A DNA stretch of 64,000 bases from a virus, in the IMG/VR virus record IMGVR_UViG_3300045988_046952, positions 1 to 64,000 of that record; one strand, given 5' to 3'. Each line of letters starts with the position of its first letter. Position 1 is the stretch's first letter. Both the position numbers and the translations under genes were made by a program. Below the pieces are notes generated by a model, which saw nothing but the letters and a program-made list of their open reading frames with translations, ran no database searches and had not been told where the DNA came from. This document shows, one piece after another, positions 46,783 to 56,325 of this stretch.

Positions 46783-49700
46783 CTATTTATTCTTAAATTT
46801 AGCATTAGATACTTTAATAATATCTTCGTTATAAGCGGCTTCCGGGTCAAAGATGACTGGTTTACCGTTAAGCATACCTACATTCTCTGTGGTAATATCT
46901 CCGACTGTAATCTTGGAGTTCTTATAGGATGAATCATTAATTCTAGTCCATCCTTTAGCTTCAAACATCCTTGCCAACTCGTCAAGTACACTCATCTTTT
47001 CAATAGACCCTACTCTGGTTTGAGTAAACACTGGATACATACCCTTCTCTCCTTGTAAGTAACCTTGAAGTTCTGCGGGCACTGCCCCAGGTACCTCATC
47101 TCTAGCTCTATACATTCTAAGACCTTCACGTAATTCATCCAAAGTTTTATACCCTCCTTCGGTTGGTTTGTACACTTTAACTACTTTAGTCGGGTCTGTC
47201 TTATGTTTAAACACCACATGCTTAGTTCCTTGTGTAGGGAGAATTTCTCCAAAGATGTCCCCAGTAGGTTCGAAGATACCATCTACCATTGTAGCTGTTC
47301 CTATCTTAGGATATGGATTGTTCTCAGTTGGGATAACTGTCTTACCAGTTGGCTTATGAGTCATAGTACCATTCTTCAAGTCATCTCTAAGACTAAAGAT
47401 TACTTGATTGTTAGAGTATCCATTATCATATACATTGTTAAAGATTACTCCATCTGCGCCCATTTTATCTGCTGCTCGCTCTAATGCTGCTCTATTAGGT
47501 ACATCACCTACAGTAACTATAGGTCTCTCCAACTCCAAGTCTCCTTCCACTCTATAAGGTCTCTTAGCAAATCTGTCTCTAGCCGCAGCTGCCTTCTCAG
47601 CTTTACCTTGAACAGAGTGGTTAGCTGCTGTTCTAGGATTACCTACTTTACCTTGATACCATATACCAGCTTCAGGAGCACCTTCGTAAACAGCATCCCA
47701 TCTTTCTGGGCTATGCAATTGTAGTTTGTTGGAAGTATTAGCATCGTGTGTTACATGTATGGATTGCCTAGGTCCCCAACCTACATTATTGGGCAATGGT
47801 TTAACTGAAGGAGTTCCTTTGTCTATAGTCTTACTAATTACTCTAGCTCTAGCCCATTTGTTACCGCCTATTGCTAGGTCCTCCACTGGTTTAGGTCTAG
47901 GCCCGAACTTATTAAAACCATGCAGTCCTATATATGAACCAGGATTAGTAAATTCTGCAAGGACGGGATTCATTCCAGCATTAGTCATCATGTCTCCCCA
48001 TGTATTATATTTACCTTTGCTAAGTTCCCTAGTAGCTTCATCAACTGTTGTACTGCCTATAGCTCCACTTAATACTGGAAGAGGTCCAAATATTGCACCT
48101 GTTAATAATGTGCTAACATAAGGTGCGGCTTCTCTCCTTCCTCTATCTACAGCTCCTGCTAGATTAATATTCCTAGGAGTAACTGTTACTTCTGGCAAAG
48201 TTACATTATTCATACCATTCTCATTAATAACTGGCAATACTATATTACCTCTCTTATCATAACCTCCCATATATTTAATAGGTTGTGCAGGTTCTTGATA
48301 TTTAATAATCATACCATTCTCACCTTTAGGAATACCATTATATACCCCAGTAAGTACTTTAGCATAATTAGTAGCTTCTGCATATCTTCTCTTACCTTTA
48401 TTAGAACCAGTAAGCTTAGCTACAAACTTATTAATATCATCATTCTCATCAAAGTCATATAGTCTCTTTAAGAATTGTATCTTATCTGCTGCATACTCAT
48501 CCATAGAATTATAAGACCTAAACTTCTGCTTAATAGCTTCACCTTTAGCATTCTTATCATTACCAGTTACATAATCACCTTTCCATGAACTACCAGTAGT
48601 TAAATTACCAAAGTTGTACTTACCTTGTGCAGACTTACCCCAACTAGATTCTAATGCGTCTTGTGCTAATAACATTCTAATTGCATTATCATTAGTAATA
48701 CCTGCCTTCTTATAGGCATTAATAAGTTCTGTAGTCCATTGTCTTCTATTAGTATATGGACTCTTCCAAGTTGAGTTGGCAGTTTTAGTAACAGGTTTAT
48801 CAGTAACAGATTTACTAGCTACTGGCTTATTAATTACTGGCTCTGCTATAGGATTATTAGCTACTACATCAGGTTCATTAGTATCTCTTACTGGTACTAC
48901 TAATGCTTCCGGCTTATCGTAAACTGTATTAAAGTTATATTCACTGAATGGATTAATAGGATTAGTAATGTCAGTATAATCTATTGTAGGATTACTTACT
49001 GGATTATAACTAACAAATCTCATTCCTTGTTGAGCTTTCTTAATTCGCTTCTTATAGGTTGGACGACTTGATTTGATGAACTTCTTGCGCACATCCCTCT
49101 TACCGTTAATCTCTTCTTGTTTCTTTAGCAGAGGGGACTTCTTAAAATCAAATCTTCCACCATGTGCCATAGTTACTAATTCCGGATTTCTAACAGACTT
49201 ACCTTCAATCCATATAGGATTAGATTGCTGTAATATGAAAGGACGACCTACTTTATCCATTAATGCAGCTTGTTTAACTACTCTAACAGTTTCTGAGTTG
49301 ACAGGTTTGCCTCCCCAGCGTTTAGCGTAATCAGCTGGATTAAATTTCCACATATCTTGAGAAGTCTGTCTTAATTTACCTTTGCTCATTTGAAACTTAA
49401 CCAAGCGTCCAGCAACATCATCAATAGGACCTATATAATCAGTTCCTGGCTGCCTAAAGGTCATGAACTCTTTATCTCCCATACGCATTACTGGTTCAGC
49501 TTCCTTACCAATAATTTTACCAATCGGATTCTTTCCTGCGTATTCTGTAAATTCAGAAGCTTCTTGAAATTTCAATGGCCTACCAGAGGGTACTACTGCA
49601 CTCATTTCGTATCTTCTGTTATATATCCCAGGATAGAGCTGTTCATATCTATCCCCATGACTAAATCCTCTTCTTGCTTCGTTACGGCTAATAGGTTTGA

Positions 49701-50538
49701 TATTACTAGTCGCTTTATTAAAGAACATTCTTTTAACTACTGGATTCTCATCAAATATATATTTAGCTAATAGATTCCTACCTTCTAAATTTCCTCCACC
49801 TAGTATTGAAGAACCTGTGTAGTCGGCTGGCATTGTTTTTATATCTTGCAAACTTACTGATGCATTACCGTTAGTTCTCTTGGCAGCTTTATAAGCAGCC
49901 ACTTTTAATGGTAATTTCTTTACCTTAGATAGAAATGGAGTAATTCTGTTAGTTGCAGCCATTACTAAGTTAGTAGGGGTTCTGGCTTCTTTGTTAAAAA
50001 CCCAATGGTTCTTGTTAATTGGATTCCAAGCTAAGTCAGCATCACCTTTAATTGATTTAGTTATTAACTTGTCCTTTCCAATCTTATATCCTTTAGCACC
50101 ACCATACCAAGCTCCTGGATTAGTATAAACTCCAATTTCGGACGGAATGCCAGTTTTATCTTCCAACCAGTTACCCCAGCCCCCGGTAAGCTTATCCACA
50201 GTCATATTACCTAAAGCTCCTACTACAACAGCGGCTGGAGTTGTTACTAATGCAGCACCAGCTGCTGAAGGAAGTATAGTTCTTTCTATTCCAACTAAAG
50301 GATTAGTCTCATTGGACATAGAAGCCCTGAATCTGGCTTTAGCTCCTTTAATAGGATGCCAATAGTCTCTATTTCTTTCAGCAGCTGACCTGGTATCATT
50401 AGAAGGTTCTCCACCTAAATCTACAATGGAATACTGTCTAGGTTTAGCTTTAATAGGTTCATGAATTTCTGGCCTAACTACTTTAGTATTATCGGACTCT
50501 ATGGTGTTTCCTTGTTGTAGTTTAGGTATTACTTTCAT
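46783..50538 (-). CDS. large virion protein (1251 aa) with GH73 glucosaminidase domain (tape-measure or ejection-protein-like)
   Basis: LAQDALESSWGKSAQGKYNFGNLTTG...RSYNSMDEYAADKIQFL matches FlgJ/GH73 ESGWGKS...NLFGI...YDS..ES..DY motifs. Confidence 0.65.
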   Translation of the reverse strand: MKVIPKLQQGNTIESDNTKVVRPEIHEPIKAKPRQYSIVDLGGEPSNDTRSAAERNRDYWHPIKGAKARFRASMSNETNPLVGIERTILPSAAGAALVTTPAAVVVGALGNMTVDKLTGGWGNWLEDKTGIPSEIGVYTNPGAWYGGAKGYKIGKDKLITKSIKGDADLAWNPINKNHWVFNKEARTPTNLVMAATNRITPFLSKVKKLPLKVAAYKAAKRTNGNASVSLQDIKTMPADYTGSSILGGGNLEGRNLLAKYIFDENPVVKRMFFNKATSNIKPISRNEARRGFSHGDRYEQLYPGIYNRRYEMSAVVPSGRPLKFQEASEFTEYAGKNPIGKIIGKEAEPVMRMGDKEFMTFRQPGTDYIGPIDDVAGRLVKFQMSKGKLRQTSQDMWKFNPADYAKRWGGKPVNSETVRVVKQAALMDKVGRPFILQQSNPIWIEGKSVRNPELVTMAHGGRFDFKKSPLLKKQEEINGKRDVRKKFIKSSRPTYKKRIKKAQQGMRFVSYNPVSNPTIDYTDITNPINPFSEYNFNTVYDKPEALVVPVRDTNEPDVVANNPIAEPVINKPVASKSVTDKPVTKTANSTWKSPYTNRRQWTTELINAYKKAGITNDNAIRMLLAQDALESSWGKSAQGKYNFGNLTTGSSWKGDYVTGNDKNAKGEAIKQKFRSYNSMDEYAADKIQFLKRLYDFDENDDINKFVAKLTGSNKGKRRYAEATNYAKVLTGVYNGIPKGENGMIIKYQEPAQPIKYMGGYDKRGNIVLPVINENGMNNVTLPEVTVTPRNINLAGAVDRGRREAAPYVSTLLTGAIFGPLPVLSGAIGSTTVDEATRELSKGKYNTWGDMMTNAGMNPVLAEFTNPGSYIGLHGFNKFGPRPKPVEDLAIGGNKWARARVISKTIDKGTPSVKPLPNNVGWGPRQSIHVTHDANTSNKLQLHSPERWDAVYEGAPEAGIWYQGKVGNPRTAANHSVQGKAEKAAAARDRFAKRPYRVEGDLELERPIVTVGDVPNRAALERAADKMGADGVIFNNVYDNGYSNNQVIFSLRDDLKNGTMTHKPTGKTVIPTENNPYPKIGTATMVDGIFEPTGDIFGEILPTQGTKHVVFKHKTDPTKVVKVYKPTEGGYKTLDELREGLRMYRARDEVPGAVPAELQGYLQGEKGMYPVFTQTRVGSIEKMSVLDELARMFEAKGWTRINDSSYKNSKITVGDITTENVGMLNGKPVIFDPEAAYNEDIIKVSNAKFKNK

Positions 50539-50780
50539 TATTTATTCGATTTATCGTTATTGGTGAATCTCTTCCATATTCCTGTTACTGAATCTATGCC
50601 AAGCAATCCCATACAACACAACAGGACTGTGTCTATCATTAATGGGGCTTGAATTACGTTTATTGCACAGTATATTAACACTCCCAAGCAGACAAACCAC
50701 CCTACTACTCCGCAGAGTCTCTTAGATGATATGCCAGAGTGGGATGTGAATACTTGCTTTAAGAATGTTACAAACTTCAT
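50538..50780 (-). CDS. small membrane protein (80 aa)
   Basis: ORF track; two TM helices. Confidence 0.45.
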   Translation of the reverse strand: MKFVTFLKQVFTSHSGISSKRLCGVVGWFVCLGVLIYCAINVIQAPLMIDTVLLCCMGLLGIDSVTGIWKRFTNNDKSNK

Positions 50781-51322
50781 TATATAATTACATTTATAGA
50801 AATATTAGCTGTGTCACCTCCTATATATGCCTGATTTATTGGTATTTCAGTAGTTACCCCAGATTGGCATACTGCGTTATGTGTTACACTATCTGCATCT
50901 ACAGTCACCCTGTATGTACTGAAATATCCAGTGAACAATAATTTAGAGACATTAGTTAAATCAGTTGGTAAATTAAAGTGGAAGTTTCTGTCAAAGAAAG
51001 TTGCCCCTTGATAGTCTAGAGTTCCAGACCTAGGAATTGTTATAAACCCATCTGGAACTCCATCTATGTAAACATCTGCTACAAAGTCATAGGATTTAGA
51101 CGTAAGCCCAGAGTTAGTTATTGAAACATGTATATTGAAGTCATACTGGAATGTTGACAACTGTATATCCTCTTCCTTAACTAACTGATTATTAGCGTAA
51201 TTATCGTTAGTTTCAAGTCCGAAGAACTCTACTCTATCTCTAGTGGCACACTTGGTTGGAGTATTTGTACCTCCACCAGCTAAATTAATTAAATATTGTT
51301 CTGTTGCAATTTTATTTGTCAT
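50780..51322 (-). CDS. N/T/S-rich structural-like protein (180 aa); co-framed with upstream ORF across a TAG
   Basis: ORF track; same frame as 51335-51763. Confidence 0.45.
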   Translation of the reverse strand: MTNKIATEQYLINLAGGGTNTPTKCATRDRVEFFGLETNDNYANNQLVKEEDIQLSTFQYDFNIHVSITNSGLTSKSYDFVADVYIDGVPDGFITIPRSGTLDYQGATFFDRNFHFNLPTDLTNVSKLLFTGYFSTYRVTVDADSVTHNAVCQSGVTTEIPINQAYIGGDTANISINVII

Positions 51323-51334
51323 TTTAAATACTTG

Positions 51335-51763
51335 CTATGTATTGTTTATACACATAACGGCAAGTAGACCCTGTACTGGTATATTCTGATTAGTTCCTAT
51401 AGTAAGTCTATCTGTTTCATAATTAGAATAGTGATTTATATTCTTTGCATTATTTAATAGGACTGCTACGTAAATATTACTTCCAATCACACTATTGCCA
51501 AACAAAGCTACATTTCTTATAACACCTGCTATAGGGTATACCACCATAGATGAAGCAGGAATATCTGGTGTAGCCGATGTGCTTTGACCATACATATCCA
51601 TGATTGATATACCCATTGTAGTGTCTGTAGTAGTGTTATTAAAGAATATTAGGGTGCGGCCGTTTAGTGAACTGTTTAATAAATCTATAGCGTCAGCAAT
51701 ACCCCCCCCCCGACGGTAGGTTATCATTGAACTGTTGCTTAGTAATGCATCTATTGTTCGCAA
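51335..51763 (-). CDS. N/T/S-rich structural-like protein (142 aa) with a G10 tract near the 5' end and a TAG stop
   Basis: ORF track; RRGGG encoded by the G10 run. Confidence 0.45.
   Translation of the reverse strand: MRTIDALLSNSSMITYRRGGGIADAIDLLNSSLNGRTLIFFNNTTTDTTMGISIMDMYGQSTSATPDIPASSMVVYPIAGVIRNVALFGNSVIGSNIYVAVLLNNAKNINHYSNYETDRLTIGTNQNIPVQGLLAVMCINNT
51702..51711 (-). repeat. G10 tract (C10 on plus) inside the 5' end of ORF 51335-51763
   Basis: read directly. Confidence 0.8.
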
Positions 51764-51829
51764 CTCCGTCTAAGCTCAAGCCTTCTGCTCTGGCTTCAGC
51801 TGCTGTTACTAATTCATTAGTGCTTTCCA

Positions 51830-52033
51830 TTATTCTTGATATTCTCTTAAATTACCAATTGTTACTTCAAATTCATCTGATTTCATGTAGGGTGATACAT
51901 CTGCATCTTTAGCAGCTTCGTTCAAACAGAACATGTCTGAAGGAAACGATAGTGCCTTTACCCTTATTTGCTTAAGTAGTCTGGAGTGTTTGGCTTTAGA
52001 CCAAACCCAGACGTCAAATATAAAATTTCTCAT
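51830..52033 (-). CDS. hypothetical protein (67 aa)
   Basis: ORF track. Confidence 0.35.
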   Translation of the reverse strand: MRNFIFDVWVWSKAKHSRLLKQIRVKALSFPSDMFCLNEAAKDADVSPYMKSDEFEVTIGNLREYQE

Positions 52034-52064
52034 ACTGCGATTAATGTACTTTAATTCTTAAATG

Positions 52065-52457
52065 TTAAGAATTACTAAGTGTAGAAGCAATCCACTTTTG
52101 ATTGGAGCCTTTGTTAAGGCTAAAGTGCTGTAAACCATCTTGACTTACATTTACGTATAATGTGAACAAATTAGCCATTGGAATTCCGACTATTGTCACA
52201 CTAATACATGTTGGCGTACCATTAGATACTCCATAATACAGTAACTGAAATGGGACCATGTCTGTCATATTAGACTTCACAATCTCCATTACAGCAGTAT
52301 CAGCACTGTTAATCTCTATATTACTACTTCTACCTGGATAAATCAAATCTTGTGTTGTTAAAACTAGGGTCTGAACCCCCCCCCCCATAGACTTGAGTGC
52401 ATCATTCACTTGTTTAGTGGTAGGGCATTTGTTGTCTTCATTTTGAATTAAAGCCAT
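52065..52457 (-). CDS. hypothetical protein (130 aa) with ATG-G11 tract in its 5' region
   Basis: ORF track; KSMGGGV encoded by AAG TCT ATG G11. Confidence 0.45.
   Translation of the reverse strand: MALIQNEDNKCPTTKQVNDALKSMGGGVQTLVLTTQDLIYPGRSSNIEINSADTAVMEIVKSNMTDMVPFQLLYYGVSNGTPTCISVTIVGIPMANLFTLYVNVSQDGLQHFSLNKGSNQKWIASTLSNS
52376..52386 (-). repeat. ATG-G11 tract (C11 on plus) inside the 5' end of ORF 52065-52457
   Basis: read directly. Confidence 0.8.
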
Positions 52458-52465
52458 GATTGTTA

Positions 52466-52846
52466 TTATTTAATAATTCTACGTTTAATTTGCACACCTC
52501 TCTTAGCTATTAGCATAGTATTACTTCTTTTGTTGTTAGCATTACTAGCGAAGGTATTATGCAGTTTAGCTATCTCGTCATCACTAAGGGTATTAAACCC
52601 TGAAGGTATTTTAGCTCCCTTAGTTCTCATCTCTTGAATATCTGTACCTTTTAATTGCCTGTTGGGGTCAATATAATAGTTACCATTTGCATCTTTCATG
52701 TTCACATTAGCTCCTCTAAATCCTTGTTGTTGAACATTAACTCTGTCTGGATTGTCTTTATTCTCCTTGGGATTAGGTCTTGCTACTGTTCCTTGCTGTG
52801 CCTTAATAATCCCTCTTCCTTTAGTTGATATTCTCATAATATCCAC
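52466..52846 (-). CDS. basic hypothetical protein (126 aa)
   Basis: ORF track. Confidence 0.4.
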   Translation of the reverse strand: MDIMRISTKGRGIIKAQQGTVARPNPKENKDNPDRVNVQQQGFRGANVNMKDANGNYYIDPNRQLKGTDIQEMRTKGAKIPSGFNTLSDDEIAKLHNTFASNANNKRSNTMLIAKRGVQIKRRIIK

Positions 52847-53214
52847 TTAAACCAGCCATAGCTAAACGTCTTCCTATTAAGCTCTGGATGTTCAGCTACA
52901 TATCTAGCTTCTCTCTCAAATGATATGTTTCTATAAGCAGTATGGGCATTACCGTTAGCTATCAGCTTTATAAGCCATTCTATTACATACCATAAATAGA
53001 AGAATACTATTCCCATTTCCAACATCTGTTTCGTGTGAGCCTTCTCATGTGTAACTGTAGCTTGACTCATTCTCTTTATATAATCCTCACTCCTAGTGAA
53101 CATAATAGCACAGATATTCATAAATGAATATCCTTTTACCGGAAGTAACGGATTAATAAAGAATAGTAATCCCTTAGATTTGTCGTACTTAAATTTCATA
53201 GTTAATGCTTCCAT
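52834..53214 (-). CDS. small membrane protein with HExxH zinc-peptidase motif (126 aa)
   Basis: TVTHEKAHTKQ (HEKAH) adjacent to TM helices. Confidence 0.4.
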   Translation of the reverse strand: MEALTMKFKYDKSKGLLFFINPLLPVKGYSFMNICAIMFTRSEDYIKRMSQATVTHEKAHTKQMLEMGIVFFYLWYVIEWLIKLIANGNAHTAYRNISFEREARYVAEHPELNRKTFSYGWFKWIL

Positions 53215-53873
53215 TTGGCGGCATTATCAACTATTGCAGAACACAGAATTAAAATAGTATCCATATCTAAATCTGACTTAAGTTGATTAACTGCCATACA
53301 TACTAATTGTATATTATCTATAGTATAACCTTTTGAGGGCATTATCTGGTCAATGCTAACATTCGTATAGATTCGACCTTCTCCTAATTCATAAGTCATG
53401 TCTAATCCAGAAATTGCACACTTGCCATTTTGTGCCTTCCATACGGTTAGTAAATCTTCTTTAGTAATAGTGAAAGGTATAGATTTGTCTATAGCTCTGG
53501 ATTTAGCTGCAAGCCAACGTGCTTGTAAAACCTTCTCTAGTTTAACGTCGTTATCATAAGTAGCTATAGCAGCTTTCCTTTGTTCTAGTTTACAGGAATT
53601 ACACCTACACTCCTTATTCTGACGTAAAGTGTATTTATTAGCCCCTGCATAAGTAAACTCACTAGGCTCTTTATATTCTCCACATATGTGGCATAAGAGC
53701 TTCCCATCTTTCCATTCGGTATTCAATTTGATTCGGTCTTCACAATCCCTACATGTAGTGTGAAAGTTTAAGCCGTTTGTCTTGCGTGAATACTTTCTGA
53801 AGTTGCTTATATTCTTGTCTAGCAACCTCCCACATACGTCACATTGCTGTTGCAATCTTTCTTCTTTCTTCAT
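53202..53873 (-). CDS. HNH-like endonuclease with N-terminal Zn-finger (223 aa)
   Basis: CxxC pairs; C-terminal KCAISG...IDQIMPSKG...NIQLVCMAVNQLK resembles a degenerate HNH. Confidence 0.45.
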   Translation of the reverse strand: MKKEERLQQQCDVCGRLLDKNISNFRKYSRKTNGLNFHTTCRDCEDRIKLNTEWKDGKLLCHICGEYKEPSEFTYAGANKYTLRQNKECRCNSCKLEQRKAAIATYDNDVKLEKVLQARWLAAKSRAIDKSIPFTITKEDLLTVWKAQNGKCAISGLDMTYELGEGRIYTNVSIDQIMPSKGYTIDNIQLVCMAVNQLKSDLDMDTILILCSAIVDNAAKWKH

Positions 53874-53875
53874 GT

Positions 53876-54178
53876 TTACTTCTTAGACCAAGACGCCGCA
53901 TTCCGTGCAAAATTAGCTCTCTTCTTCTGTAACGGAGTCGCATTAGGATTGTTAAGTACAGACCTAGCATGTTCTTGAACACTCTGTCCAGCTTTCTTAG
54001 CTGATGCCGTAAATTTGCCGCGATTCTTCTTCTTAATATGAATCTTGCTTCCATTTTTATCTTTCCTTACTAACTTACTACCACATCTAAACATAGGAAC
54101 CTCTTCTAGGTCCGCATCATCGAGTAACTCTTTCAGAGCCTCATTAATTCTTGATAATTCCTCTGCGTTAAATTCCAT
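53876..54178 (-). CDS. basic hypothetical protein (100 aa)
   Basis: ORF track. Confidence 0.4.
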   Translation of the reverse strand: MEFNAEELSRINEALKELLDDADLEEVPMFRCGSKLVRKDKNGSKIHIKKKNRGKFTASAKKAGQSVQEHARSVLNNPNATPLQKKRANFARNAASWSKK

Positions 54179-54339
54179 AATTAAATTACATGTTAAATCA
54201 CTTTTTTATTCACAAAGGTATTGCTAAATTTGCACATTATCAAACAAATCAGATGAATTAATGATTTAAGGTGTCAATGTAAATAAGTAATAAAGAAACT
54301 AAACTATTATTAATCTCTAACCTTTAAATCAGTAGATTA

Positions 54340-55098
54340 ATGTTATTGGGCAAACTAAAAGAGGTGTACAGGTGGATTGACAGTTGGAGTTCTGGTGTTA
54401 AGACGATAGTCATTATAATGCTTGCATTCTTGATGGTAGAGCTTCATTTCTCTTCACACACTAAAGCTATTTTAGAAGATTATAGACAGGCAGCTGTTAC
54501 GGAGAAGGTATTAGCTGAGAAATATACAGAGATGATTACTCCACAAGTTAACGGGCATATAGAGCATATTCTTATGGAAGATAAGGATGCGTCGAATGTC
54601 TTGTTATTGAATTACCATAATACCTTACAAAGTACACATGGTTTATCATATCGTTATTTAACAGCTCTTACAGAGAAGAGAAGAGGGTATGAAACTAAGG
54701 CAACTATTAAGATATGGAAAGAGTTGGAGTATATTAACTACGGTGATGAGCTTGGAAGGATTAATGACAACCAATTCATTAGAATGGACACTATTGAGAA
54801 CTACTACAGAACATTCCCTAATTTAGTAGCTTTATTAGAAGAATCCGGAGCAAAGTCTGCTGCGATGTATCCGATTGCTGGAATTGATAGACCTATAGGA
54901 ATGATTGTTGTTATTTATCCAGTTACTAAAGAGTACTATTTGGGGTACTATAACTCCGTTATTGCTCCGTGTATCCAACCTCTATCTACCTTATTAGATT
55001 ATAACTCAATTAGGAAGAAATTTAAAATGGATTATGAAAGTAGACAAGAGGAACAAGGAAATATGTTACAACGATTCTTCCCATATGTATTGGAGTGA
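54340..55098 (+). CDS. hypothetical membrane-anchored protein (252 aa)
   Basis: ORF track; N-terminal TM. Confidence 0.45.
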   Translation: MLLGKLKEVYRWIDSWSSGVKTIVIIMLAFLMVELHFSSHTKAILEDYRQAAVTEKVLAEKYTEMITPQVNGHIEHILMEDKDASNVLLLNYHNTLQSTHGLSYRYLTALTEKRRGYETKATIKIWKELEYINYGDELGRINDNQFIRMDTIENYYRTFPNLVALLEESGAKSAAMYPIAGIDRPIGMIVVIYPVTKEYYLGYYNSVIAPCIQPLSTLLDYNSIRKKFKMDYESRQEEQGNMLQRFFPYVLE

Positions 55099-55957
55099 AA
55101 TCGACAATACTATATACACTTCAGTAACAACAATGATACATGAGTTCTGTCAAAAGTTCGACAGTGATTTCTGGTCGCAATACAAAGCATTACAGAAGCT
55201 ATTAAGTGCTGAACAGTTTGCCATGGAGAAGAAGAGACTATTAGAAACTAAACGTTTTGATAAGAAGTACTTCTTAGACATGTACGATTTAAATGAGACG
55301 GAGTTTAATTCTGCACAACAGGATATACTGGATGAGTGGTCTAAAACTAATGCCGATTCCAAGGAAAGAGGTACAAAGATTCATAGTGATTTGGAGCATC
55401 AATACTTAGGTAAGAGTTCATGCCAAATGAGAAGTTACGGTTTAGGCGGAACTTTTGAAGTTAATACTAATGAATCTTTAGAGAAGAATAACTTAGACCT
55501 ACTAAGCATAGAAAGAGGAGTCTTCCCTGAATATATGATATACAGAAGGTCGGACGACAATAAGTTTAGGTTGGCAGGTCAAATTGACTTACTTATTAAG
55601 GACGGAAATGACATTTACATTGTTGACTACAAGACTAATAAAAGTATTGACGAGAAATCTTACTTTGATACCAGGACTAAGAAGAGTCAAATGATGAAGT
55701 ATCCTATGAATAACTTAATGGACTGTAATAAAGTACATTATACTTTACAACTATCTACCTATGCATGGATGCTTCAGAAATTAAATCCTGATTTTGTTAT
55801 TAAGAAGCTATTGCTTATACATTATGACCATAATGGTAACGTTACAGAACATGAGTTAGATTATCTTAAAGATGATGTGGAACGTATGTGTAAGCATTGG
55901 AAAAAACAGTGTATACTTGAGGAAATCAAGGAGAAGAGAAAGCCTATAGAGTTCTAA
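55034..55957 (+). CDS. PD-(D/E)xK nuclease, RecB/Cas4-like family (307 aa; start possibly 55082)
   Basis: motifs IDLLIKDGNDIYIVDYKT (D..E.K) and QLSTYAWML (QhxxY). Confidence 0.6.
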   Translation: MKVDKRNKEICYNDSSHMYWSEIDNTIYTSVTTMIHEFCQKFDSDFWSQYKALQKLLSAEQFAMEKKRLLETKRFDKKYFLDMYDLNETEFNSAQQDILDEWSKTNADSKERGTKIHSDLEHQYLGKSSCQMRSYGLGGTFEVNTNESLEKNNLDLLSIERGVFPEYMIYRRSDDNKFRLAGQIDLLIKDGNDIYIVDYKTNKSIDEKSYFDTRTKKSQMMKYPMNNLMDCNKVHYTLQLSTYAWMLQKLNPDFVIKKLLLIHYDHNGNVTEHELDYLKDDVERMCKHWKKQCILEEIKEKRKPIEF

Positions 55958-56043
55958 TGAGCTAGTTCATAATCATAGAGTATCTTTCAAACTGGGATTT
56001 GAGATATTAAAAGTAAAGTATAATTAAAGCTCATTAGAAATCT

Positions 56044-56313
56044 ATGGGAATTACTAATATTGTAAATGGACACTTAAATGAGTTACTAGGTAATAACGAA
56101 GAAATAGCTAAAGCTCGTATTAGAATATGTAAGAAGTGTCCTATTATGAAGGATTCGTTTATGGGGTATGTATGTAGCAGTAAACTGTGGCTAAACCCTA
56201 AAACAGGAGATATATCAACAGAACGTAAAGATGGTTATAAACGTGGATGCGGGTGTAGACTTAATGCTAAAGTTAGAAATATTAAGTCTTCATGTCCAGC
56301 ATGTAAATGGTAA
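56044..56313 (+). CDS. Cys-rich Zn-finger protein (89 aa)
   Basis: CKKCP...CGCRLN...CPACKW. Confidence 0.4.
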   Translation: MGITNIVNGHLNELLGNNEEIAKARIRICKKCPIMKDSFMGYVCSSKLWLNPKTGDISTERKDGYKRGCGCRLNAKVRNIKSSCPACKW

Positions 56314-56325
56314 ATGATTTAAATT

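Noticed and set aside
53839-54054. 71-aa Arg-rich ORF overlapping 53876-54178
   Set aside because: Out-of-frame overlap with a more plausible co-oriented ORF
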